A stretch of DNA of 64,000 bases from an uncultured Methanomicrobiaceae archaeon (GTDB taxonomy: Archaea; Halobacteriota; Methanomicrobia; Methanomicrobiales; Methanoculleaceae): assembly GCA_963826525.1 (NCBI GenBank), contig CAWGXH010000004.1, positions 1,344,001 to 1,408,000 of the forward strand, given 5' to 3'. Shown one piece after another: positions 19,901 through 28,074 of the stretch. Position 1 is the stretch's first letter. Every line of letters begins with the position of its first letter. A program made the translations under genes and the position numbers. The notes under the pieces are model-generated. The model saw nothing but the letters and a program-made list of their open reading frames with translations, had not been told where the DNA came from and did not search any database.

Positions 19901-20805
19901 GGTAACGCCGTCTTCGCCATAGTAGAAGACAACTTCATCGCCGTCGACGAGTTCGTAGACGTCGACACCCTCGGAGGCAGACTGCAAACCCGTCGAGCGG
20001 ATCGCCGTTCACCATGTAATACCAGGAGGCACCCCCTTTGACGTAGCAGTATTCGCTGACGTTATCGAGGAGGAGAAAACCATTGGAGACCTTCTTCTTG
20101 TCCCCGACGGCGTAGGTGAAGCCTTCTGCTTCGGCGACGGCATCAAGTGCCCCGAGCGGCGTGAGCGTATCGACGGTGTACCCTGTCCCCGATGTCGCGG
20201 TGCAGGTGAAGGTGCCGTCTTCCAGCGTCACCGGACCGTCATAGAGGACGTCCATCGCCTCGTTGATCGAAACGGTGATATTGACGAGCGCGGTTGCGTT
20301 CTCCGGAGTAATGCCGTCCTCTCCGTAGTAGAAGACGACCTCGTCGCCGTCGACGAGTTCGTAGACGTCGACACCCTCGGAGGCAGCTGCAAACCCGTCG
20401 AGCGGATCGCTGTTCACCATGTAATACCAGGAGGCACCCCCTTTGACGTAGCAGGTACTCGCTGACATTATCGAGGAGGAGAAAACCGTTCGAGAGCTTC
20501 TTCTTATCCCCGACGACGTAGGTGAATCCTTCGGCATCGGCGACGGCATCGAGCGCTCCGAGCGGCGTGAGCCGGTCAACGGTGTACTCCGTTCCCGAGG
20601 ATGCGGTGCAGGTGAAGGTGCTGTCGGTCAGCGTCACCGTATCGTCAAAGAGCAGATCGGCCGTAGCAATCATGGCGGCGGTGTTCTCCGGGGCATACGG
20701 TTCGACCGGGAGCCCGGTATCGGCTCCCGCCGCAGGCACGATGAGGATCATCAGTGCGAGCAGCACAGTAAAGCAGATCACTTTGTTTTCCTTAAAATGT
20801 ATCAT
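16939..20805 (-). CDS. Giant exported multidomain protein of about 1290 aa: 2 DUF4430-like repeats, 5 sulfite-oxidase-like domains, paired GWN/GYW C-terminal repeats (about 6 frameshifts)
   Basis: ATG 20805 with GGTGAG SD. ORF fragments 20239-20856, 19935-20579, 19742-19987, 17317-19968, 17178-17456 and 16961-17236 join in order; ends GKGYWVYLRGSGELAAIAL-TAG at 16939. Confidence 0.75.
19860..20660 (-). repeat. Intragenic tandem duplication of about 400 bp encoding two DUF4430-like domains
   Basis: TCGCCGTCGACGAGTTCGTAGACGTCGACACCCTCGGAGGCAG and the following 100+ bp occur near 19938 and near 20345. Confidence 0.85.
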
Positions 20806-20895
20806 AAACTCACCTTTTCGCAAACAGGCTGCCAAGACGTCTCCCAGCATGTGCAAGGCATTAAAAAGGTGGAAGGGGGCGAGTATATAGTTTGC

Positions 20896-20933
20896 ATTTA
20901 CTTAATCTATTGAACTAACTTAATGTGGTTAAC
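20896..20933. promoter_or_regulatory. Two overlapping candidate operators upstream of the surface-protein operon
   Basis: ATTTACTTAATCTATTGAAC (20896-20915) and ACTAACTTAATGTGGTTAAC (20914-20933); minus-strand TATA AAACTATATA at 20893-20884, identical to the wtpA promoter element. Confidence 0.6.
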
Positions 20934-21032
20934 TCGTCCGGTGGCGGGCAAAGGGGCTAAAAAAAGGGCGAAAACGTAAAATCCATTTCAATTCTGCCGT
21001 ATCTCCGGGTGCCGACTTTCGGAGCGCCCCCG

Positions 21033-22172
21033 TCAGTCCTCCGGGGATCGCCTCATCCCCGGCCGCCATCGCTGCAGGGCGTATGCGAGCACCATGCCGG
21101 CGATGAACGCGACCGTGAGCCCGACCGCCAGGGTGAGGATGGCGATCACTGCGGTGACGATATACGAGTCGGTCTTGATGCTATGCTTTCCGAGCTCGAT
21201 TCCGACGAAGACGAGCAGCCCGCCGAAGATGCCGAGCGGGATCAGGGTCAGCACCTCGGGAGGTGCGAAGAGCAGGGCGAAGGCGAGGATGAAGAGGCCT
21301 GCGGCGATGTTCGCTCCACCGGTGCGGGCGCCGAACCGGTACTGGGCTGCCATCCCTCCGGCGCCGTGGCACATCGGGAACCCGCCGAGGGGTGTCGAGA
21401 CCAGGTTCATCAGGCCGATCGTCCGGGAGAGGCGATCGGGTTTGACCTCCTTGCCGAAGAGATCGATCGTCAGGAGCGAGGTCGCGAGGATTGCGTTCGT
21501 CAGCGTCAGTGGGATCTGCGGGAGAACCAGTGTCCACGCTCCTGCGACAAAGTCCGCTGCGGTAGGAATGATCAGGTACGGGAGGGGGATAAAGCGGAGC
21601 GGTGGGAACCCTGCAGTGAGGATCCCGGCACCAAGGCCGATAGCGATCACCACCAGGGCAGAGATGTCCGGCAGTCGGGTCCGGTTTGCGAGGACGAAGA
21701 AGGCGAGGATGATCGCGATCGAGAGCACGGCGAACGAAAGGTCGGTGAGAATGTATCCGAGCGACGTCCGGAGCAGCAGGAGTGCAAGCCCGGCCTGAAC
21801 GCCGCGAATGACGCTTTGCGGGATCCACTTCCGGATACGCTCCATGCCGCCGAATACCCCGAGCAGGAAGAAGATCACGCCGAGGATGATCCCGGCCGCT
21901 GCGATCTCCCCGCCGCTCAGCCCTTCGGCGATGACGATAGCCCCTATCGCTTTCATCGGTTCGATAGGGATCGGGAGCCGGTAGTAGAGGCCGGCGATGA
22001 CGTACCAGGCAGCCATGAAGAGGAAGATGTGGCTGATATTGACGTCCGAGACAAGGGCGACACCGAGGATGATCGGAAAGATCGTGCCGATATCCCCGAG
22101 TCCCCCTGCGATCTCCTCAAGCGTGAACCGGATGCTTGGGGGATCAGTTGTTGGGCGAGCGTGCGGTGCCAT
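21033..22172 (-). CDS. MOT1-family molybdate/sulfate transporter
   Basis: EIAGGLGDIGTIFPI, YRLPIPIEPMKAI, LPQIPLTLTNAI, GGFPMCHGAGGMAAQYRFGARTG; polytopic membrane protein. Confidence 0.85.
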   Translation of the reverse strand: MAPHARPTTDPPSIRFTLEEIAGGLGDIGTIFPIILGVALVSDVNISHIFLFMAAWYVIAGLYYRLPIPIEPMKAIGAIVIAEGLSGGEIAAAGIILGVIFFLLGVFGGMERIRKWIPQSVIRGVQAGLALLLLRTSLGYILTDLSFAVLSIAIILAFFVLANRTRLPDISALVVIAIGLGAGILTAGFPPLRFIPLPYLIIPTAADFVAGAWTLVLPQIPLTLTNAILATSLLTIDLFGKEVKPDRLSRTIGLMNLVSTPLGGFPMCHGAGGMAAQYRFGARTGGANIAAGLFILAFALLFAPPEVLTLIPLGIFGGLLVFVGIELGKHSIKTDSYIVTAVIAILTLAVGLTVAFIAGMVLAYALQRWRPGMRRSPED

Positions 22173-22393
22173 TCATCTCCTCACGGGTAGTCTGTAGGCG
22201 GTAATGATTAATGATGTTTGTTGATTTCGATACCGGGACGAAAGCAGAGACCCGTGTCGTAGATGGGAACATCATCAGTCGTCTGGGGAAGTGGGGTCTC
22301 TTTTGTCCCCTCGGTCGGGTGAGCCTGTTCTCTGAGCCCTGCCGGAGCGTTCGCGCCTTTCCGTGCCCGAAATTTGCGCTCTACCGATGGTGT

Positions 22394-22413
22394 GTAAATT
22401 AAATAAATTTAAC
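22394..22413. promoter_or_regulatory. Candidate operator upstream of modA
   Basis: GTAAATTAAATAAATTTAAC, with TTATAA at 22439-22444. Confidence 0.5.
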
Positions 22414-22477
22414 TTTTGCGCCCAAACGATGTGCTCCATTATAAACAGTTATCTTCTGCGGTCGGTCAATCCTTTTT

Positions 22478-23294
22478 ATGCACAAAAAACGGGTTGTTTT
22501 CATGCTTCTGCTCATCACCTGTGCATCCGTCTTCATCTGCGGGTGCACCGGTCCTGCAGCAACTACTGAGTCGACTGAAACCACGGGTGAGTCGGCATCG
22601 CTCCTGGTCTACTGTGGTGCCGGCATGCGTGAGCCTATGGAGGAGATCGCCACCGTCTTTACAGAGAAGTATGGTGCTACCGTAAACTACAACTTCGGCG
22701 GATCGAATGCACTGCTCTCGCAGATGGAGCTGGTTAAGCAGGGCGACGTCTACATGCCGGGTGCGACCTCGTACTTCGATACTGCCCGCGAGAAAGGCTT
22801 TGTCCAGAAGGAAGAGACTCGTTGTCTACCACGTCCCGGCGATCGTCGTGCCGAAGGGCAACCCGGCGAACATCACCTGTCTTGCCGACCTTGCAAAGCC
22901 GGGGGTCAGGGTGGAGCTCGGTGACGCGGAGGCCTGTGCGATCGGCAAACTCTGCGACAGCCTGCTCACCAAGAGCGGCATCCAGGATGAAGTCCTTGCC
23001 AACACCGTTGCACGGACGGCCACCGTGAACGAGCTCATCGTTCATGCCTCGCTCAGACAGGCAGACGCCGCAATCGTCTGGGAGGATCTCTACGAAAGCG
23101 AGAAGCTTGACCTCATCGAGATCCCGAAGGAGAACAACATCGTCAAGATCGTCCCCATCGGTACCCTGATCTTCTCCGAACATCAGGAGCTCGCCGATCA
23201 GTTCGTCACCTTCGTCTCGTCGGATGACGGCAAGGCGATCTTTACCGCGCACGGATTCACGACCTACCCGGACGCCTACTATGGGACAGTCTGA
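22478..23294 (+). CDS. modA: Molybdate ABC transporter substrate-binding lipoprotein (frameshift near 22815)
   Basis: Lipobox ICGC; LLVYCGAGMREPM, NFGGSNAL, GDVYMPG, VPKGNPANI..L.DLAKPG, ATVNEL, ADAAIVW. Confidence 0.85.
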
Positions 23295-23312
23295 ACGGGC
23301 TTAAAAACGAGG

Positions 23313-23861
23313 ATGGTAATTACCGTGAACCGAAACGATCAGGACGTGAAGAACATGGAGATCCGATACCGACCGATAGGCATCATTCATTCCGAGTTCA
23401 CCGAGCAGGATGAGACGCCGATTCAGGGCATCTTCAACGAATCCGTGGGCCAGGTTGAGGTCTTTCCCGAGTTTGCGGAGGGCCTCCGGGATATCGAGTC
23501 CTTCTCGCATATAATCCTCCTCTACCACTTCGACCGGGCGGACGGGTGCACCCTCCTTCAGAAACCGTTCCTGGACGGCGAAAAGGAGCGCGGTATCTTT
23601 GCTATCAGGCACTTCAAGCGCCCGAACCCGATCGGTATCTCAATCGTCCGTCTGCTTGGGGTGCAGGGGAACGTGCTCGAGATCAAAGGTGTGGACGTCC
23701 TCGACGGGACACCGCTGCTCGACATCAAGCCCTATGTCTACCGGTTCGATCACCGTGATGAGGTCCGGAGCGGATGGGTTGATAACCAGCATATCGACGA
23801 CATCGCAGAATGGAACAGCACGCCGAGAGCGCTGCGCGACCGTGAGAGGACAAACCGGTGA
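23313..23861 (+). CDS. tsaA: TsaA/TrmO-family SAM-binding methyltransferase-like protein
   Basis: PIGIIHS, GLRDIESFSHIILLYHF, GIFAIR...RPNPIGISIVRL, GVDVLDGTPLLDIKPY. Confidence 0.85.
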   Translation: MVITVNRNDQDVKNMEIRYRPIGIIHSEFTEQDETPIQGIFNESVGQVEVFPEFAEGLRDIESFSHIILLYHFDRADGCTLLQKPFLDGEKERGIFAIRHFKRPNPIGISIVRLLGVQGNVLEIKGVDVLDGTPLLDIKPYVYRFDHRDEVRSGWVDNQHIDDIAEWNSTPRALRDRERTNR

Positions 23862-24652
23862 ATGCGTATCTCCGCTCGCCGCTGAAGACCGTCACTATCG
23901 GCGCAGGCGTCGGGCTCGCTCTCTTCATTGTGGTGCTCCTGCTCCTGGTGATGAGTCATCCGACGCCGGATGGCCTCATCTCCTCGCTCCTCTCTCCCGA
24001 GATCTGGTTTGCCATCTACCTGAGCCTGGGGACGTCGTTTGTCTCGACGTTTCTCTGTATTCTGGTTGGTATTCCAGCAGCGTACGCGCTTGCACGCTAC
24101 GACTTCTTCGGGAAGCACGCCGTAAACACGATCCTCGACATGCCGCTCGCACTCCCGCCGCTGGTGGCGGGTGTCGGGCTGCTGCTCTTCTTCGGTGCGA
24201 CCCCGATTGGAGAGGCGCTGTCAATGGCGGGACTGGTCTTCGTCTTTACGCCTCTCGGTATCATCGTCGCGCAGTTCTTCGTCAACGTCCCCTTCATGCT
24301 ACGCATCATGCGGTCCACCTTCGAGGGGATCAGCCCGCGGTATGAGTACGTGGCAAAAACGCTCGGGTGCACCGATACCCAGGCGCTCTGGCGCGTCACT
24401 CTGCCGATGGCTATGAACGGGTTTTTTGCGGGTTCGGTGATCACCTGGGCGAAGGGCATCGGCGAGTTCGGTGCCGCACTGATGATCGCCGGGGCAACCC
24501 GGATGGTGACGGAGACACTGCCGATCTCGCTCTTCCTGAATATGTCGTGCGGGAAACTGGACCTCGCCATCTCGGCGGCGACCATCCTGATCGCCATCAG
24601 CGTCGTTTCACTCTACGTCTTCGAACGCTACGGCGGGTGGGCGCGCCTGTAG
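23858..24652 (+). CDS. modB: Molybdate ABC permease
   Basis: LDMPLALPPLVAG, YEYVAKTLG, WAKGIGEFGAALMIAG...TETLPISLF. Confidence 0.87.
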   Translation: MNAYLRSPLKTVTIGAGVGLALFIVVLLLLVMSHPTPDGLISSLLSPEIWFAIYLSLGTSFVSTFLCILVGIPAAYALARYDFFGKHAVNTILDMPLALPPLVAGVGLLLFFGATPIGEALSMAGLVFVFTPLGIIVAQFFVNVPFMLRIMRSTFEGISPRYEYVAKTLGCTDTQALWRVTLPMAMNGFFAGSVITWAKGIGEFGAALMIAGATRMVTETLPISLFLNMSCGKLDLAISAATILIAISVVSLYVFERYGGWARL

Positions 24653-24662
24653 GAGTGAACGG

Positions 24663-25721
24663 ATGCTGCAGATAACGAATGTATCAAAGGACATGGGTGA
24701 GTTTTTCCTGGACAATGTCTCACTTGAGGTTCTGGACGGGGAGTACCTGGTGATCATCGGTCCGACCGGGGCGGGAAAGACGATCCTTCTCGAGACGGTT
24801 GCCGGGATCTACGAACCGGACAGCGGAGAGATCCGCCTCGACGGACGCGAGATCACCGATGCGCCGCCGAAGGACCGGAAGATCTGCATGGTCTACCAGG
24901 ACTATATGCTCTTCCCGCACCTGACCGTCGAGGAGAATATCGGGTTTGGCCTCACGTCAAAGAAGGTCCCGAAGGAGGAGATCGCCGAGGCGGTCCGGAA
25001 CTATGCAGGGATGCTGAACATCGCGCACCTGCTCCACCGGTATCCGGGCACGCTCTCCGGCGGCGAACAACAGCGGGCTGCAATCGCGCGGGCGATGGTT
25101 ATGAGCCCGCGGGCGCTCCTTCTGGACGAGCCGCTCAGCGCGTTGGATGCAAAGACCCGCGAGATCCTCCGGAGGGAACTAAAATCGCTGCATGCCCGGA
25201 CGAAGACGACCGTCATTCACATAACGCACAACTTCGAGGAGGTCTTCGACCTTGCCGACCGTGTCGCTATCATGAATCAGGGTCGGATCGTTCAGGTAGG
25301 AAAACCCGACGAGATCTTCCGGAGGCCGAAAGATCGGTTCGTGGCCGATTTTGTGGGTGTGACAAATCTTTTCCGGGGGATATCCACGGTTGATGACGGT
25401 ATCGCCGTTATCGCGATCGACGGGCCACAGATCCGTGCTCATTCGGTTGAGGAGGGAGAGGTCCACGTCTCCGTCCGGCCGGAGGATATCCTGATCTCGA
25501 CAGAGCCCCTCGCATCGCCGGTGCGGAATTCATTCCCCGGAACGATCCGGGAGATCGTGCACGTCGGCGCGTTTGTCAGGCTCACGGTTGATGCAGGAGC
25601 GGAATTTATCGTTGCGCTGACACGGCAGGGATTCGAGGAAACCGGTCTTTCCATCGGCGATCCGGTTTTCATCGCATTCAAAGCCACTGCCGCCCACGTA
25701 TTCCCCGGCGGGAACGCCTGA
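24663..25721 (+). CDS. modC: Molybdate/tungstate ABC ATPase
   Basis: GPTGAGKT, LSGGEQQR, LLLDEPLSALD, TOBE region ending FKATA. Confidence 0.85.
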   Translation: MLQITNVSKDMGEFFLDNVSLEVLDGEYLVIIGPTGAGKTILLETVAGIYEPDSGEIRLDGREITDAPPKDRKICMVYQDYMLFPHLTVEENIGFGLTSKKVPKEEIAEAVRNYAGMLNIAHLLHRYPGTLSGGEQQRAAIARAMVMSPRALLLDEPLSALDAKTREILRRELKSLHARTKTTVIHITHNFEEVFDLADRVAIMNQGRIVQVGKPDEIFRRPKDRFVADFVGVTNLFRGISTVDDGIAVIAIDGPQIRAHSVEEGEVHVSVRPEDILISTEPLASPVRNSFPGTIREIVHVGAFVRLTVDAGAEFIVALTRQGFEETGLSIGDPVFIAFKATAAHVFPGGNA

Positions 25722-25759
25722 GTGCCCCGGCATCCCTCGCATTCTCTTTTCGGGGCGAT

Positions 25760-26270
25760 AGCGGGGAGCGTCTCGGATGTCTGAAACGGCTGCGCATCCG
25801 CGTCCGGAACTCTTCCGTTTCTATCGATCCCGCCCGATGTCCCTCAAGGGTCATGATCCGATCCACCCGGGCGATCAGGATGTCGAGCGAACGTGCAGCA
25901 GAGAGGAGCGCCGTCTCGCTGAGCGCCTCACGGCGGGTCGCAAGTGGTCGTCGCATCCCCGCTCCGGAGGCACCCGGGCACGAGAAGGTTCATCACCGAC
26001 CGGTCGTCGTCGAAGATCAGCAGGGGTGCCTGCTTCCGGACGGCTGTCTGGAACTCGTGCGCCATCACTATCGATCCGTTCCTCTGGCCAGATCGCTCGC
26101 GGCGTGCCGCCGATACCGGGGGATACGGACACGTGACTTGATCTCTTCGAACAGCACCGCGACCGCGTCGTCGGCACCGGTAGGATTTCGGCACAGTTTT
26201 TCGAGGATTCTCCCGTCGATCAGCACCGGCAGGCTGGACACGCCGGAGGTCGACGTCCCCCTCTCTGTTC
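25760..26270 (-). pseudogene. Possible degraded fragment of a COG3044-like ABC-class ATPase
   Basis: Broken frames give MAHEFQTAVRKQAPLLIFDDDRSVMNLL (cf. Walker B LLIDED.SA.N) and LDILIARVDRIMTLEGH; no Walker A; several stops. Confidence 0.3.
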
Positions 26271-26306
26271 ACGTCGATATGTTTACTTCGATAATTAATC
26301 AGTATT

Positions 26307-26326
26307 AGTAACTTTATTGAGTAAAC
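26307..26326. promoter_or_regulatory. Candidate operator upstream of tupA copy 3
   Basis: AGTAACTTTATTGAGTAAAC in an AT-rich promoter region; TTTATC near 26346. Confidence 0.55.
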
Positions 26327-26381
26327 CTGCGATTAAATCTCAAGATTTATCTTAGAATTTCACATATGTTAACCGATCGCT

Positions 26382-27302
26382 ATGAAGATGCAGAAATACC
26401 TTCTTGTTGCGGCAATCCTGATTGCTGCGCTTCTCGTCTGCGGGTGCACGCAGACCGCAACGACAACGGCTGAATCACCGCAGACACTCCGTATTGCGAC
26501 GACGACGAGCCTCTACGACACGGGGCTCCTTGACTCCCTCACCCCCGCGTTCGAGAAGGAGCATAACGCCGTCGTACAGGTCGTCTCCGCCGGAACCGGC
26601 AAGGCGCTCGAGTACGGGCAGCGCGGCGACGTCGACATCATGATGGTGCACGACCGTGCCCGCGAGGATACGTTCATCGCCGATGGGTATGGCACCGACC
26701 GCCGTGTCTTCGCCTACAACTACTTCGTCGTCGTCGGCCCTGAGTCCGACCCGGCCGGCATCGCGGGCATGCAGCCTGAAGAGGCGTTCATCACCATTCG
26801 TGAGAAGGGTATGAACGGCACCGGCGTGGTCTTCGTCTCCCGCGGCGACAGCTCCGGCACTCACGCAAAGGAACAGGCTCTCTGGAAAGGGGCAGGGTTC
26901 AACTACTCGACCGAGGTTCAGCAGTCCGGCGACTGGTATGTCGAGGCCGGAACCGGCATGGGCGCGACCCTGGTGATGGCGAGCGAGAAGCAGGCATACA
27001 CGCTCTCCGATATCGGCACCTACCTCGCTTACAAGGGCGACCTTGCGCTCGTCACGCTCGTCGATGAGGGAGACAGTCTCCTCAACATCTACAGCGTGAT
27101 GGCCATCGACCCCGCAAAGCACCCGGGTGTCAACAACAGCATCGCGAAGGACTGGATCAACTACATCGTTTCCGACGACGTGCAGCAGCAGATCGCCGAC
27201 TTCGGCGTCACGGAGTACGGCCAGCCGCTCTTCTTCCCCGCTGCCGGGAACGCCGAGACGATCGGTGTCCCCGCCGACGAGTGCGCGACCCCGCTGAACT
27301 GA
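26382..27302 (+). CDS. tupA: Tungstate-binding lipoprotein, copy 3
   Basis: Lipobox VCGC; ATTTSLYDTGLL, GTGKAL, MVHDRARE, FVSRGDSSGTH, YTLSDIGTY. Confidence 0.92.
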   Translation: MKMQKYLLVAAILIAALLVCGCTQTATTTAESPQTLRIATTTSLYDTGLLDSLTPAFEKEHNAVVQVVSAGTGKALEYGQRGDVDIMMVHDRAREDTFIADGYGTDRRVFAYNYFVVVGPESDPAGIAGMQPEEAFITIREKGMNGTGVVFVSRGDSSGTHAKEQALWKGAGFNYSTEVQQSGDWYVEAGTGMGATLVMASEKQAYTLSDIGTYLAYKGDLALVTLVDEGDSLLNIYSVMAIDPAKHPGVNNSIAKDWINYIVSDDVQQQIADFGVTEYGQPLFFPAAGNAETIGVPADECATPLN

Positions 27303-27366
27303 CGGGAGATCCGGACACTCCTCATTTTTCTCGTTACACTCAAAATATCATACTAGCAGGAATCCC

Positions 27367-28068
27367 ATGAACGAGATTGTCGAGGCGTTCTTCCAGGCCG
27401 TCGAGTTGATTGTTACCCTCAACCCGACAGTGATGGAGATCGCACTCCGGAGTATTCTGATCTCCCTCTCGGCAACCCTCGTCGCGACGGCGATCGCGAT
27501 CCCCCTCGGCTTTCTCATCCAGATCAACGAATTTTCCGGCAAAAGGATGGTGATCAACATCATCCAGACGCTTTATGCCCTCCCGACGGTGATCGTCGGA
27601 CTCTTCGTCTTCGTCTTCATCTCCCGTGCAGGGCCGCTCGGTTTCCTCGGTCTCCTCTTCACGCCGACGGCGATGGCCATCGCGCAGACGGTGCTCATCC
27701 TTCCTATCATGACCGGGCTCACTATCTCCGCACTATCGGGGGTCGACCCGACAGTCCGCGACACCATCCGCTCTCTCGGGGCGAACACCCGCCAATACCT
27801 CGGCCTGCTTATCCGGGAGGCGCGGTTCGCCATCCTCGCGGCGGTGGTGGTCGGGTTTTCGCGGGCGATCTCCGAGGTCGGCGCGGCGATCATGATCGGC
27901 GGCAATACCCAGACCTCGGCGTTCTGGACATCGACGAGGGTTTTGACGACGGCGATCTCGCTCGAGACCTCGATGGGGAATATCGAGTTTTCGATGGCGC
28001 TCGGGATCATTCTCCTCATCATCGCCCTCGTGGTGAATCTCGTGCTGATGACGGTGCAGCAGCGGTGA
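27367..28068 (+). CDS. tupB: Tungstate ABC permease
   Basis: LYALPTVIVGL, GPLGFLGLLFTP, GFSRAISEVGAAIMIGGN, TRVLTTAI. Confidence 0.9.
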   Translation: MNEIVEAFFQAVELIVTLNPTVMEIALRSILISLSATLVATAIAIPLGFLIQINEFSGKRMVINIIQTLYALPTVIVGLFVFVFISRAGPLGFLGLLFTPTAMAIAQTVLILPIMTGLTISALSGVDPTVRDTIRSLGANTRQYLGLLIREARFAILAAVVVGFSRAISEVGAAIMIGGNTQTSAFWTSTRVLTTAISLETSMGNIEFSMALGIILLIIALVVNLVLMTVQQR

Positions 28069-28074
28069 CCTTCT

